Below are positions 11,494 through 22,000 of a stretch of 64,000 nucleotides of DNA, piece after piece. Every line of letters starts with the position of its first letter. Position 1 is the stretch's first letter. A program made the translations under genes and the position numbers. Origin of the DNA: Vicinamibacterales bacterium (GTDB lineage: Bacteria; Acidobacteriota; Vicinamibacteria; Vicinamibacterales; UBA8438); NCBI GenBank assembly GCA_964291605.2, contig OZ219745.1, forward strand, positions 5,001,934 to 5,065,933. Reading direction: 5' to 3'. The notes below the pieces were generated by a model that worked only from the letters and a program-made list of their open reading frames with translations, was not told where the DNA came from and did no database searches.

Positions 11494-11945
11494 TGAGCAG
11501 CAGAAGAGTCCTGACGTTCACCCTGGCAGTCCTGACCGCGGTGTCCCCCGCGGCAGTCGCGGGAACGCAGGAAGTGGAGCACTATGGCGAGCGCTTGTCG
11601 CGCATGCCGGTCGACCTGCGCACGACGTCGGCCATCGCGGGCGAGGGCTCGGTAGCCGCGGAGCTGGCCGGCGACGAGCTCACCATCCGCATCCGGTTCA
11701 GCGGGCTGACCTCGGGAGTAACGGCGGTTCACGTGCACAACGCGCCGGTCGCCCGCCGGGGCGGAGTCGCGTTCGCCGTCGATCCGGGCGGCGCGACCGG
11801 CACCGCCGGGGAGATCGTCGATACCGTGGCGCTGACCGACGACCAGATCGCCGAGCTGCGCGGCGAACGCTACTACGTGCAGATCCACTCCGAGAGCAAT
11901 CCGGGCGGTGAGCTGCGCGGCTGGCTCCTCCGCCGCGGCGACTGA
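11490..11945 (+). CDS. CHRD domain-containing secreted protein
   Basis: Signal peptide MMSSRRVLTFTLAVLTAVSPAAVAG. CHRD-like blocks VHVHNAP...YYVQIHSESNPGGELRGWL. The ATG overlaps the upstream TGA. Confidence 0.75.
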   Translation: MMSSRRVLTFTLAVLTAVSPAAVAGTQEVEHYGERLSRMPVDLRTTSAIAGEGSVAAELAGDELTIRIRFSGLTSGVTAVHVHNAPVARRGGVAFAVDPGGATGTAGEIVDTVALTDDQIAELRGERYYVQIHSESNPGGELRGWLLRRGD

Positions 11946-12009
11946 GCGTCCTGAGCATCCGTGGTAGCATGCTTTTCGGGACATCGGGTCCGTTTGGCAC
12001 AACTTCACA

Positions 12010-12029
12010 GCGCCCCGCGTCCGGGGCGC
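12010..12029 (+). terminator. GC hairpin downstream of the CHRD gene
   Basis: gcgccccg-cgtc-cggggcgc forms an 8-bp perfect stem. No clear T-tract follows. Confidence 0.3.
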
Positions 12030-12048
12030 CCCAGCAGGAAGCGCCGGC

Positions 12049-12915
12049 ATGACGAACGGTAATCCAACGCTGCTGCAGGATCTGCTGACACGTGTGAAGC
12101 AGCTACCGCCCGCCGTCGGTCTGGGCGGCGTCGTGATTCTCGTCGCGATTCTCGGCTACCTCTTCGTGGACACCGAGCCGGAACCGGAGCCGGAAGCGGA
12201 AGTCGTCGAGGCCCCGCCGCCCCCGCCGCCTCCACCGCCTCCGGAGCCCGAGCCGGAACCGGAGCCCGAGCCGGAACCGGAGCCCGAGCCGGAGGTCGAG
12301 ATACCGCCGCTCAACCAGAGCGACCCGGTCGTTCGCGAGCTGGCCGCGGAACTGTCCGCGAGTCCGGAGCTGGCGAGCTGGCTCGTCACCGACGAACTCG
12401 TCCGGACGGTCGTCGTCGTCATCGACAACGTGGCCGAGGGCACGAACCCCTCGCAACACGTACCGTTTCTCCGACCGGAGGGCCGCTTCCAGATCGACGG
12501 CGACACGTCGGCGCCCCGGATTTCCGCCGCCAGCTACGCGCGGTACGACGAGGTGGCGGCGTTCGTGGCCTCGCTCGACGCGGAGGGCATCGCCGAGCTG
12601 TATCGGCAGTTGCGTCCGTTGCTGCGGGAAGCTTACGAAGAGCTCGGCCAGCCCGGCGACGCCTTCGGCGACACCCTGTGGCGGGCGGTGGCGCATCTGC
12701 TCAACGCGCCGGTCATCGAAGGCCAGCCCGAGCTGGTCGCGCGCGGACCGCTGTACCTGTACGCCGACGAGACCCTCGAGTACCTCTCGCCGGCACAGCG
12801 CCAGTTGATCGGCATGGGTCCCGACAACCAGCGTCGCGTGCAGCGGAAGATCCGGGAGATCGGGGTGGCCCTCGGCTTCACCGACCTGCCCCGGCCCCAC
12901 ATCGTGCAACGGTAG
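12049..12915 (+). CDS. DUF3014 domain-containing membrane-anchored protein with a Pro/Glu-rich linker
   Basis: N-terminal TM helix VGLGGVVILVAILGYLF, then a P(n)/(EP)n linker. The C-terminal block ...VVVVIDNVAEG.NP..HVPFLRP...F is DUF3014-like. Confidence 0.7.
   Translation: MTNGNPTLLQDLLTRVKQLPPAVGLGGVVILVAILGYLFVDTEPEPEPEAEVVEAPPPPPPPPPPEPEPEPEPEPEPEPEPEVEIPPLNQSDPVVRELAAELSASPELASWLVTDELVRTVVVVIDNVAEGTNPSQHVPFLRPEGRFQIDGDTSAPRISAASYARYDEVAAFVASLDAEGIAELYRQLRPLLREAYEELGQPGDAFGDTLWRAVAHLLNAPVIEGQPELVARGPLYLYADETLEYLSPAQRQLIGMGPDNQRRVQRKIREIGVALGFTDLPRPHIVQR
12241..12294. repeat. 3 x 18-bp tandem repeat (ccggagcccgagccggaa) encoding (PEPEPE)n
   Basis: Read directly from the sequence. It lies inside the DUF3014 linker. 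Confidence 0.9.
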
Positions 12916-12928
12916 TGGCGCGACCTGG

Positions 12929-14815
12929 ATGCACCGCGTGCTCCGCGTCGCGCTCTGCCAGTCGAATCCGGTCGTCGGCGATCTCTCCGGCAACGTTGCC
13001 GCTCTTCGGGCACGAGTGCGTGAGGCGCGAGACCGGCAAGCCGACGTCATCCTTTTTCCCGAGCTGTCGATCACCGGCTACCCGCCGGAGGATCTCCTGC
13101 TGAAGCCGAGCTTCGTACAGGACGCCGCCGCCGCGCTCGGCGAGCTGGCCGCGGGGGTCGCCGGCATCGTGGCCTGCGTCGGGGTGCCGAGCGGCGGCAC
13201 AACCGCGACCGGCGCCGAGAAACTCCACGGCGGCGATCCCGCGCCCGCCGCGGACGCGCCCGCGCGGACTGTGCTGTACAACTGCGCTGCGGTGTTGGCC
13301 GACGGCCGCGTCCAGGCGCTCTACCCGAAGCACCACCTGCCGAACTATGCCGTCTTCGACGAGCGCCGCTACTTCACGCCCGGCAACGAGGCAATCGTCA
13401 TCGAGCTCGAGGGCCGGCGCCTCGGCGTCACGATCTGTGAAGACATCTGGCTGCCGGGCGGTCCCGCGGACTGGTCGGTGCGGGACGGCGGCGCGGAGAT
13501 AGTCCTCAATCTCTCGGCCTCGCCGTATCACCAGGGCAAGGGCCGCCAGCGGGAGGCGCTGTTCGCGGCCCGCTGCCGCGAGCAGCTCTGCTTCCTGGCA
13601 TTCTGCAACGCCGTCGGCGGCCAGGACGAGCTGGTCTTCGACGGCCACAGTCTGGTCATCGGACCGGATGGAGCGATCCTCGCCCGCGGTACGCCGTTCG
13701 GGGAGGAGATGCTCGTCGTGGATCTCGACCCGGCCGTGGCCCGCGAGCTGCGAGAGTCCGATCCTCGATGGGCAGCGTCTGCCGCCGCGCCCACACCGGA
13801 ACGAACCGCGAGCACGCCGCTCGCTTCGACCTCCGACCCGCCCCCGGCGCGGCGGCCGCGCGAGGACGCAAGACGGGTGATCATCGTCCGCCCGCGGCGA
13901 CCGGCGCGCTCCGAGACGGCTCCGCTCGCACCGCGGCCGGCGGCGGAGCCGCTGTCTCCGGAGGCGGAGATCTACAGCGCCCTCGTGCTGGGAACCGCCG
14001 ATTACATCCGGAAGAACGGCTTTCCGGGAGCGGTGCTCGGGCTGTCGGGCGGTATCGATTCCGCCCTCGCGCTCACCGTCGCGGCAGACGCCATCGGTCC
14101 GGAAACAGTGACCGCCGTGTCGATGCCGTCGCGCTACACCGCCGGCATGAACCGCGACGACGCGGCCATTCTGGCCGGCCGGCTCGGCGTCCGTTTCCTC
14201 GAGCTGCCGATCGAGGACCTGGCGGTCACCTACGGCGCCGCCCTGGCCGATCCGTTCGAAGGCACGGAACCGGACGTCGCCGAGGAGAACCTGCAGGCGC
14301 GCATCCGCGGCAACCTGCTGATGGCGCTGTCCAACAAGTTCGGCTGGCTGGTGCTCACCACCGGCAACAAGAGCGAGATGAGCGTCGGCTACGCCACCCT
14401 CTACGGCGACATGGCGGGCGGCTTCGCCGTGCTCAAGGACGTGCTCAAGACCTGGGTGTACCGCCTGGCCGTGTGGCGCAACCGCGACGGCGAGATCATC
14501 CCGCAACGCATCATCGACAAGCCGCCGACTGCCGAGCTCAGGGACAACCAGCGCGACGCCGACAGCCTGCCGCCTTACGACGTGCTCGACGGGATTCTGG
14601 AGGCCTACGTGGAAGAAGACCGGAGTCCGGCCGAGATCGAGGCGCTCGGCTTCGCCCGGGAGACGGTCGAACGCGTCGTGCAACTCGTCGACCGCGCGGA
14701 GTACAAGCGCCGGCAGGCGCCCCCCGGCGTCCGCATCTCGACTCGGGCGTTCGGCAAGGACCGGCGGCTGCCGATCACCAACCGCTATGCGCCGCGCAAG
14801 GCGGGCCGCCAGTAG
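12929..14815 (+). CDS. nadE: Glutamine-dependent NAD+ synthetase
   Basis: N-terminal nitrilase/CN-hydrolase domain (LRVALCQSNPVVGD). C-terminal NAD synthase domain (GLSGGIDSAL...LLTTGNKSE). A Pro/Ala/Arg-rich insert separates the two domains. Confidence 0.9.
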   Translation: MHRVLRVALCQSNPVVGDLSGNVAALRARVREARDRQADVILFPELSITGYPPEDLLLKPSFVQDAAAALGELAAGVAGIVACVGVPSGGTTATGAEKLHGGDPAPAADAPARTVLYNCAAVLADGRVQALYPKHHLPNYAVFDERRYFTPGNEAIVIELEGRRLGVTICEDIWLPGGPADWSVRDGGAEIVLNLSASPYHQGKGRQREALFAARCREQLCFLAFCNAVGGQDELVFDGHSLVIGPDGAILARGTPFGEEMLVVDLDPAVARELRESDPRWAASAAAPTPERTASTPLASTSDPPPARRPREDARRVIIVRPRRPARSETAPLAPRPAAEPLSPEAEIYSALVLGTADYIRKNGFPGAVLGLSGGIDSALALTVAADAIGPETVTAVSMPSRYTAGMNRDDAAILAGRLGVRFLELPIEDLAVTYGAALADPFEGTEPDVAEENLQARIRGNLLMALSNKFGWLVLTTGNKSEMSVGYATLYGDMAGGFAVLKDVLKTWVYRLAVWRNRDGEIIPQRIIDKPPTAELRDNQRDADSLPPYDVLDGILEAYVEEDRSPAEIEALGFARETVERVVQLVDRAEYKRRQAPPGVRISTRAFGKDRRLPITNRYAPRKAGRQ

Positions 14816-15110
14816 CACCCCCAGGTGAAGGACGCCCGCGGCGACCGGCGCACACCGCGGCCGAAGCGTTCCAGGTAGTCCTCGGCGACGCGGAGCTGCA
14901 TGGCCTTGTCCCCGCCTTCCGAGTTCAGTGCCGCCGCTACCTTCTCAAGCCCTTCCGCCGTCGCCCCGGCGACCGCCAGGATGGCGGCCGCCTCACCCTC
15001 GGCCTCGTTGATCTGCTGCTGTTTGGCCGCCTCGGACTCCTTGATCACCCGTTGCTTCTCGCCTTCGGCCTGGTTGATCTTGGCGTCCCGGTCACCCTCG
15101 GACTCGAGTA
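14785..15110 (-). pseudogene. 3' fragment of an SPFH/band-7 (stomatin/HflC-like) gene
   Basis: ESEGDRDAKINQAEGEKQRVIKESEAAKQQQINEAEGEAAAILAVAGATAEGL...LRVAEDYLERFG is the coiled C-terminal region of SPFH proteins. No SPFH core lies upstream. The fragment overlaps the PqqD-like tail and the nadE end. Confidence 0.55.
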
Positions 15111-15461
15111 CTCGATCATCCGCGACCGCAGCATCGACTGCACGAACCGCGCCAGCCGTTCCTCAGCGGGCTCGACGCGCTCGCCGAACTCGTCCCGCAG
15201 CCGGCCGGCGATCTCCGCCAGCGGGGTCTCGCCGTCGCACGCCCTCCAGATGAAGGTTCCGACGTCGTCGAGGCGGATCCGATAGAACGAGTCGCCCAGC
15301 TTCGAGGCGAGCCAGCGGCCGAGCCGCCCCCCGCCGAATCTCGAGCGCAGGACGACGCAGCACCCATGGTCCGCCTCGCGCCAGTCCAGGCGACGGCGCG
15401 GGCAGGCGTTCCAGAAGGCGACGGCACCCTCGGACGCTTCCGGTCGAGCGCCCGGGCTCAC
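15045..15461 (-). CDS. PqqD-family (RRE-type peptide-binding) protein
   Basis: LDDVGTFIWRACDGETPLAEIAGRLRDEFGERVEPAEERLARFVQSMLRSRMIE matches the PqqD fold signature. The GTG start overlaps the OPT stop (GTGA). The last ~25 codons run over the SPFH remnant and are probably not native. Confidence 0.55.
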   Translation of the reverse strand: MSPGARPEASEGAVAFWNACPRRRLDWREADHGCCVVLRSRFGGGRLGRWLASKLGDSFYRIRLDDVGTFIWRACDGETPLAEIAGRLRDEFGERVEPAEERLARFVQSMLRSRMIEYSSPRVTGTPRSTRPKARSNG

Positions 15462-17443
15462 TCCCCGCCGCCGCGCATGGCGTTCAACGGCATCCTGACC
15501 AGCATGTAGTAGAGCAGGATGAAGACGAGCGCCCCGCCGAGGGCGGAGTTCGCGATCTCGGGCAGAGCCAGCCACGGCAGCGCCTCGCTGGCGCCGACCA
15601 CCAGGGCGAGCAGCACCGCCATCAGCGCCTCGCCGGCGATGAAGCCGGACGAGAGCAGCACACCCGTGTTGGTCGCGCGCGTCCGCTCCTCGCCGGTCGC
15701 CTCCTGCTCGTCGAGCGAGCGCGTAAGCCACCAGCTCACGAGGCCGCCCACGAATATGCCCGCCGTCGACGGGAAGGGCAGGTACATCCCCACCGCGATG
15801 AGCATCGGCGAGGGCGCCTGGATGAGGATCATGACGGCCGCCAGCGCCATCCCGGCGATGACGAGCGGCCAGGCCATCTCCCCGCCGACGATGCCCTGCG
15901 AGATCAACGCCATCAGGCCGGCCTGCGGCGCCGGCAACTCCGGGCTGCCGATCTCGTAGACCTGATCCATGAGGATCATCGGCCAGATGAGGACCATCGC
16001 GGCGACGGTCACGCCGACCAGCTCGCCGATCTGCATCTTCCAGGGCGTGCCGCCGAGAATGTGGCCCACCTTCAGGTCCTGCAGCATGTCGCCCGCGATG
16101 CCGCACGCGCAGCAGACCACGCCGGCCACCGCCAGCACGCCGAGGATGCCGCTCGATCCGGTAACGCCGATCCCGACCATGACGATGGCGGCGATGAGCA
16201 GGGTGCTGAGCGTCAAGCCGCTGATCGGGTTGTTCGAGCTGCCGAGCAGGCCCACCAGGTAGCCGGCCACCGCGGCGAACAGGAAGCCGAGAATGACCAT
16301 CATGATGGTCAGCAGAATCGCCCCGCCGAAGCTCTCGCTGAAGTACCAGTAGAGGCCGAACAACGGGACGGCCAGCGCCGCAATCGCGAGGCCGGTCTTC
16401 CGGAAGTCGATGTCGATGTCCTGGCGGCCGGCGCCCTCGGCCTGCGCGGCGCCGAGGTCCCCGAAGGCGCGGCCAATGCCCTGGATGAGCGACGTGCGCA
16501 GGTTGTAGAGCGTGTAGAACGCGGCGACGATCATCGTGCCGACGGCGAGCGGCCGCACCTGCCGCAGCCACACCTCGGTGCTCAACTCGATGAAACCGGC
16601 GGAGTCCGTCGCCTGGGCGGCCAGCTCCGGGTTCAGGAAGAGGCCCAGCGGAACCAGCAGCAGCCAGCCCAGCACGGCCCCGGCGAACAGCGTGGCGGCG
16701 ATCTGCGGCCCGACGATGAAGCCGACCCCGATCAGCGCGGGTGACGCCGCCGGCGACTGCAACAGGAACCCGCCGACGTAGTTCACCTGCCGGCCGAGAA
16801 TCTCGATGGTCGACTGCCCGAGCGAAACGAACCACGTGGCCGAATCGGCCACCAGCTTGATGCCGTTGCTGTTCTTGAGCAGCTCCCACGCCCCGGCGAC
16901 GCCCATCGCCTGGAACACGAACTTGGCGCCGGTCTGCCGTCCGCCCTGCCCCGCCTTGACCAGCTCCGCGGCGGCGACGCTCTCGGGGAACGGCAGCTCC
17001 GCCTCGACCACCAGGGTGCGGCGCAGGACGATGATGAAGAGGACGCCGAGAATGCCGCCCACCAGCATGATGGCGGTGCTCTCCCAGTAGCGCAGCTCGT
17101 CCCAGACGCCGCTGATGACGAACGCGGGAATCGTGAAGATGGCCCCGGCGACCAGCGCCTCCCCCACCGACGCGGTGGTCCGCGCCATGTTCTCCTCGAG
17201 GATCGAGCCCCCGAACAGGCGCAGCGCGGCCATCGCCACCACCGCGGCGGGAAAGGTGGCGGCCACCGTCAGGCCGGCCCGCATCCCGAGGTAGGCGTTC
17301 GCGGTGCCGAGCACGATGGCCATCGCGGTGCCGAGAAGCACGGCGCGAAACGTCAGCTCGGGCAGATCGGACGATTCGGGCACGAACGGCACGAACGGAC
17401 GGGAAGACGGCTCGTTGGTCGGGCTCATGCCGCCATTCTGCAC
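15458..17443 (-). CDS. OPT-family oligopeptide transporter
   Basis: 661 aa and polytopic. N-terminal ELTFRAVLLGTAMAIVLGTANAYLGMRAGLTV... is typical of the bacterial OPT superfamily. Confidence 0.9.
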   Translation of the reverse strand: MQNGGMSPTNEPSSRPFVPFVPESSDLPELTFRAVLLGTAMAIVLGTANAYLGMRAGLTVAATFPAAVVAMAALRLFGGSILEENMARTTASVGEALVAGAIFTIPAFVISGVWDELRYWESTAIMLVGGILGVLFIIVLRRTLVVEAELPFPESVAAAELVKAGQGGRQTGAKFVFQAMGVAGAWELLKNSNGIKLVADSATWFVSLGQSTIEILGRQVNYVGGFLLQSPAASPALIGVGFIVGPQIAATLFAGAVLGWLLLVPLGLFLNPELAAQATDSAGFIELSTEVWLRQVRPLAVGTMIVAAFYTLYNLRTSLIQGIGRAFGDLGAAQAEGAGRQDIDIDFRKTGLAIAALAVPLFGLYWYFSESFGGAILLTIMMVILGFLFAAVAGYLVGLLGSSNNPISGLTLSTLLIAAIVMVGIGVTGSSGILGVLAVAGVVCCACGIAGDMLQDLKVGHILGGTPWKMQIGELVGVTVAAMVLIWPMILMDQVYEIGSPELPAPQAGLMALISQGIVGGEMAWPLVIAGMALAAVMILIQAPSPMLIAVGMYLPFPSTAGIFVGGLVSWWLTRSLDEQEATGEERTRATNTGVLLSSGFIAGEALMAVLLALVVGASEALPWLALPEIANSALGGALVFILLYYMLVRMPLNAMRGGGE

Positions 17444-17699
17444 AACGAGGTGCCGGTTGTCACCCCCGCCGCAGCCGTTCGGTCACGCCGTTCCGGTCGC
17501 ACGGTACGCTACTCTCGTTGGTCCCAGCGTCGCGAATCGACGGGGCGACACGTCGTCGTGGTGTCTACCGCGCCCCGCTGTCCCACAGGAGACCTCGCAA
17601 TGGCCATCGCCGTCGGACGACCCGCTCCCGATTTCCCACCGTGCTGGACCATCGACACGCAACGGAACCTGCGGGACGCTCCGCCCGAGAACCAGTGAC

Positions 17700-18596
17700 G
17701 TGAGGCGCATCCCCGACATCTACGCCGAGAAGCGCGCCGCCGGCCGGCCGGTCATCTCCATCGAGTTCTTCCCGCCGAAGACGCCGCTGGGCGACGAGCG
17801 CCTGTTCGAGCGGGTGCTGCCGCGACTGGCGGAAGCGCAGCCGGACTTCTGCTCGGTGACCTACGGCGCCGGCGGCGGCGGCACGCGCGAGAAGACGCTG
17901 CGGATCGTCGACTGCATGCAGCGGGAGCACGGCCTCACGGCGATGGCGCACGTCACCTGCGTCAGCTTCACCCGCGCCGAGATGGACGGGTTTCTCGACG
18001 AGGCGGCGAGCCTGGGCATCGAGAACATCCTGGCGTTGCGCGGCGACCCGCCGCCGGGAGAGCCGGACTTCGTGAGGCCGGCCGGGGGCTTCGACTACGC
18101 CTATGAGCTCATCGACGTCCTGAAGGCCCGGTCCGGCGAGTTCGCGATCGGCTGCGCCGGCTTCCCCGAGGGCCATCCCGACTGCGCCGAGGGGAAACAC
18201 GTCGACTGGCAGCGGCTGCGCGACAAGGTGGACCACGGCGCCGAGTTCGTCCTGACGCAGCTCTTCTTCGACAACGCCGACTACTTTCGGATGGTCGACT
18301 ACCTGACCGGCACGCTCGGCGTGACGGTGCCCATCACCCCCGGCATCCTGCCCATCCTGAGCACGAAGCAGGTGAAGCGTTTCACCAACCTCTGCGGTGC
18401 GACGCTGCCCCCCGCGCTGGTTGCCGACCTCGACCGGCTCGGCGACGACGACGAGGCCGTTACGCAGTTCGGCATCGAATTCGCCTCGCGGCAGTGCGCG
18501 GCCCTGCTTGCGGGTGGCGCGCCCGGCCTGCACCTCTATGGTCTGAACCGGTCACGGTCGGCGCTGGCGATCCTCCGCAACCTCGAACTCGCGTAG
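17700..18596 (+). CDS. metF: Methylenetetrahydrofolate reductase
   Basis: ISIEFFPPKT...FCSVTYGAGGGGTREKT...MAHVTCV...LALRGDPP. I chose the GTG at 17700 as the start. The longer ORF upstream is Pro/Arg-rich noise. Confidence 0.9.
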   Translation: MRRIPDIYAEKRAAGRPVISIEFFPPKTPLGDERLFERVLPRLAEAQPDFCSVTYGAGGGGTREKTLRIVDCMQREHGLTAMAHVTCVSFTRAEMDGFLDEAASLGIENILALRGDPPPGEPDFVRPAGGFDYAYELIDVLKARSGEFAIGCAGFPEGHPDCAEGKHVDWQRLRDKVDHGAEFVLTQLFFDNADYFRMVDYLTGTLGVTVPITPGILPILSTKQVKRFTNLCGATLPPALVADLDRLGDDDEAVTQFGIEFASRQCAALLAGGAPGLHLYGLNRSRSALAILRNLELA

Positions 18597-18635
18597 CCGC
18601 GAACCCGGCAGGATCTCGGAGTTGGCCAGGGCTGC

Positions 18636-18797
18636 TCAGTCCCGTTTCGGGGTCCCATGCATCAAAGCCCCGAGGACGTGGTGCTGCGTCTGTTCGATGG
18701 AATCGACACGGCCGGTCAACCGTGCGATCTGCCACGAGTTCACGAGGCCCGCAAGGGCGCCGATCACGGCGGCGACGGCCGTGAGGAGTTCGACCAC
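18636..18797 (-). CDS. Possible small membrane protein (53 aa)
   Basis: Only the 3' end of ORF 18636..19118 looks protein-like (VVELLTAVAAVIGALAGLVNSWQIARL...). I recognise no homology. Confidence 0.2.
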   Translation of the reverse strand: MVELLTAVAAVIGALAGLVNSWQIARLTGRVDSIEQTQHHVLGALMHGTPKRD

Positions 18798-19029
18798 ACC
18801 CCGAGTGTAATCCGACGGCCAGCAACCCGCCAAACCCCGCGCATGAACCTGGCTGTGCGCAATCGCATACTCAAGATGAAGCGCCAGCGGTGCGGCGGGC
18901 ACGCAATCGCGCCGCTGGACAAGGTCCCACCGGGGGGGCAGGCTCGACGCTACCTGCAGGCGCGGCGCGATATGGCGGCACCGGCGCCGAATTTCGCCTT
19001 CGCCCTGTACAGTCGGACGGACACCGACG

Positions 19030-22000
19030 TCAGAACCGGAACAGGCGGTTGAACTTGACCACGAAGCCGCGATTGCGCAGGTCCCAGCCCCGGTCGGGAC
19101 GCAAGCCGCCGGTGACATCGCGGTCGTCGGTGTAGACCACGAACAGCTCGCTGCCCGGGCTGTACTCCCACCGCAGGCGCAGGTTGCTGCCGAACGAGTT
19201 GCTCGCCGAGTTGTACTGCAGCAGCCCGCTGAAGAACATCCGCGGATTGAACGCGTAGTTCACCCGCGTCACCGCCAGGTTCGTCTGGAACGCCCCGTAC
19301 GGGGTGTCGATCCAGTTGAACGAAACCGTCGGCTCCACCGACATCTGCGGCAGCACGGCGATGCGGCCCTGGCTCAGCTCCACCGACGTCAGATCGCCGT
19401 CGAAGTAGGCGCCCCGCCGCACCCCCACCGTGCCGTTGATGCGCCGCTGCTGGCCGATGGAGTAGGACACCATGGCGTCGGCGAAGCTGTAGCCGCCCAC
19501 CGGGATCGAGAAGCCGGAGCCTGGGGGCGTGAACGGCCGGACCAGCAGCTCGTAGTTGTCGATCGCGGTGAACGTAAGCTGGTCGCTCGACTCGAACTCG
19601 GTCTGGAACGCGACGATGTTCTGGCGCGTCTCCAGGTGGTTCTCGTCGGCCGTCAGGATGTAGTCGATGCTCGCTTCCAGGCTGAACTGCCGGACGCTCT
19701 CGATGGTCCGCGGCCGGGGACTGAACCGTCCCGTCACGTAGGTGCGCCGGAAGTTGTCGCGCCGCAGGAAGCCCACCTCGGGCAGGAAGTTGTCCTCGAC
19801 CAGCAGGTGATCGACCTTCAGGCCGTAGCGGTCGGCCGCGTACTCGAACGCGCCCTGGTAGCTCGTGTCCTTGCCGCGGTGGTCCGGGCCGGGAACCCGG
19901 GTGCGGGCGAGGTACGTGATCAGGCTGAGGTTCTCGAAGAAGGCGAAGGTGCCGTCGACGCCGTAGGCCTGGCTGGAGCCGGGGGCCACCCGCGAAACCG
20001 AGCGGTTGGTGAACATGGCGCCGATGGAGCTCCGCCGCAGGACGTCGCGGCGGAGGCGGACGACGGTGAAGTTGGTCGGGTCCGAGCGGGAGACCGTCTC
20101 GTCGCCGGCCTGAATGTTGAGGGCGCCGACGTCGAACTGGCCGATCTTGCCGGTCACCCGCGCGCCGCCGACGATGGGCACCACGCGGCCCTGTTCCAGC
20201 CCTATCTTCCGGCTGTAGAAGAGTTGCGGCACGTTGACGTCGCCGAAGATGCCGCCCACCGGGCCGCCTCCGGGACCGCCGAACCGGCCGGTGACGCCGC
20301 CGCGGGCGAAGCCGAAGATGCCCCGCCCTTCGAGAAAGAACTCCCGCTTCTCCGGGAAGAACAGCGGGAAGCGGGTCAGGTTTACCTGCCGCTCGTCCAC
20401 CTCGACCTGGGCGAAGTCGGTGTTGTAGGTGAAGTCCGCGGTCAGGTTCTGGGTGATGCCGTACTTGACGTCGAGGCCGCCGGCGCCGCTGCCCTCGTCG
20501 ACCAGTTGCGGAGACGCGGTCAGGTCGGTGGTCAAGCCGCCGATGGCGTACGGCTTGACCTCGAGGTTGCGGCTGGCGGGCGGCGGCTCGAGACCGACCA
20601 GCGAGCCTGCAGCCGAGACCCGGAAGATGCCGGCCGAGCCGGAGCCGCCGCCCGCCGAGATGGGCAGCCGGGTCAGGTAGACCCACTCGTTCTTGCGCCG
20701 GATCGCCCGCCGGAGCTGGATGCCCCAGACATGGGGCGGCTCCGAGCGGTAGCGCAGCGTCTTGAACGGAATCTCCATCTCGACCGTCCAGCCGCCGGCG
20801 AAGCGGCCCGTGCGCACGTCCCAGACCGGGTTCCAGTCGGCGTTCGGGTTGCCCTCGTTGGTGAACTGCTGGTCGGCCCGCGCGCCGAGCGGGTTCGTGT
20901 AGAAGTTGAAGCCGTTGCGACGGTCGTAGAACGTGTCGAAGAAGGCGGTGAACGTGTCGTTCTGACGGAGCTGGCTGGTGTCGCGCCGCATCTCGTTGGC
21001 GACCCACTGGCTCTCGGGGGCCGAGTCCCAGACCCGCGCCGAGACGTAGACGTTCGTCTCGTCGAACAGGATCCACGCCTCGGTCCGTTCGGTGGCGGGC
21101 GCGCCGATGTCGGGCACCTGCTGGATGAAGTCCGTGATGGCCGGCACGGTCTCGTAGACCGGCTCGTCGAGGACGCCGTCGAGGCGGATGCCCCGATCGA
21201 GGCGGATCGCGCGCACCGTCGTCCGTCCGTCGGCGTCGCGCGTCATCACCGCCGGCGGCTCCGGTGCGGGCGGCCCGTCGATGATCCCGGGGTCGACGAA
21301 CAATCCCCCGGTCGCAGCGAAGGGCAGACCGGCAGTGCCGGGGTCGCCCGCGCCGGCCGCCGGCATGGCGGCGCCTCCGCCGGCGACGCCGGCGTTGGTT
21401 TCCGAAGGCGTCGCGGGAACTGCCGGACGCGCCGGCGGCGCGTCTGCGCGCGGCGCCGGCGCCGGCCGGCCGAAGGGCCCGCGACGTCCCGCCGGAGCGC
21501 CCGCGACGGTCTCGGCAACAGGAGCCGCGTCACCCGCACGTGGGGACATCGCCGGCGCCGGGCCGCGCCCGGCGGCTGCCGCCGTTGCGACGGGCCCGGA
21601 GCCGGCGCGCAACCCCGCCGCCACCTGATCCTGCAGCTCGAAAATGTCGGTGACTCTGCCGGTCACCGCTGCCGATTGCAGCACGGCACCGTCGGCCAGA
21701 TCGACGAGCCGCGCGGTCACGCGGATCAGGTCGCCCAGTCGCTGATAGGCGCCGTTGACCACCCGGTCGGCTCCCGCCCGTCGACCCGCCTGCAGTCCGC
21801 CGTCCGCACCGGGTCGGCCCGACCCCGCCGCAGAGCGCACGACCCGCGCTCCTCCCATCTGGAGGTCTATCGCGACCGCCTCGGCGATCCCGAGGCCAAT
21901 CCAGTCGTCCGCCGGGTCACCCGCGAGGTTGACAAATGGAACCACCAACACGACGGTGTCGTCTCCGGCGGGAGCCGCCGTCGCGGCGGGTTGCGGCTGA

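Noticed and set aside
8655-11945. 1096-aa ORF spanning the tannase, CoA-transferase and CHRD loci
   Set aside because: Most of it is antisense to the tannase gene or out of frame with the CoA-transferase gene. The translation is Arg/Pro/Gly/Ala-rich noise typical of high-GC DNA. Only the last 152 codons (the CHRD protein) look real.
17444-17699. Riboswitch (SAM or other) in the 256-bp leader upstream of metF
   Set aside because: I could not find SAM-I, SAM-II, SAM-IV or cobalamin consensus elements by eye. This is not excluded, but there is no positive evidence. A cmscan against Rfam would settle it.
18798-19118. 5' two-thirds of ORF 18636..19118
   Set aside because: It has no protein-like character (Cys/Arg/Pro-rich) and overlaps the 3' end of the DUF5916 gene. 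Only the C-terminal hydrophobic segment was kept, as a low-confidence small ORF.
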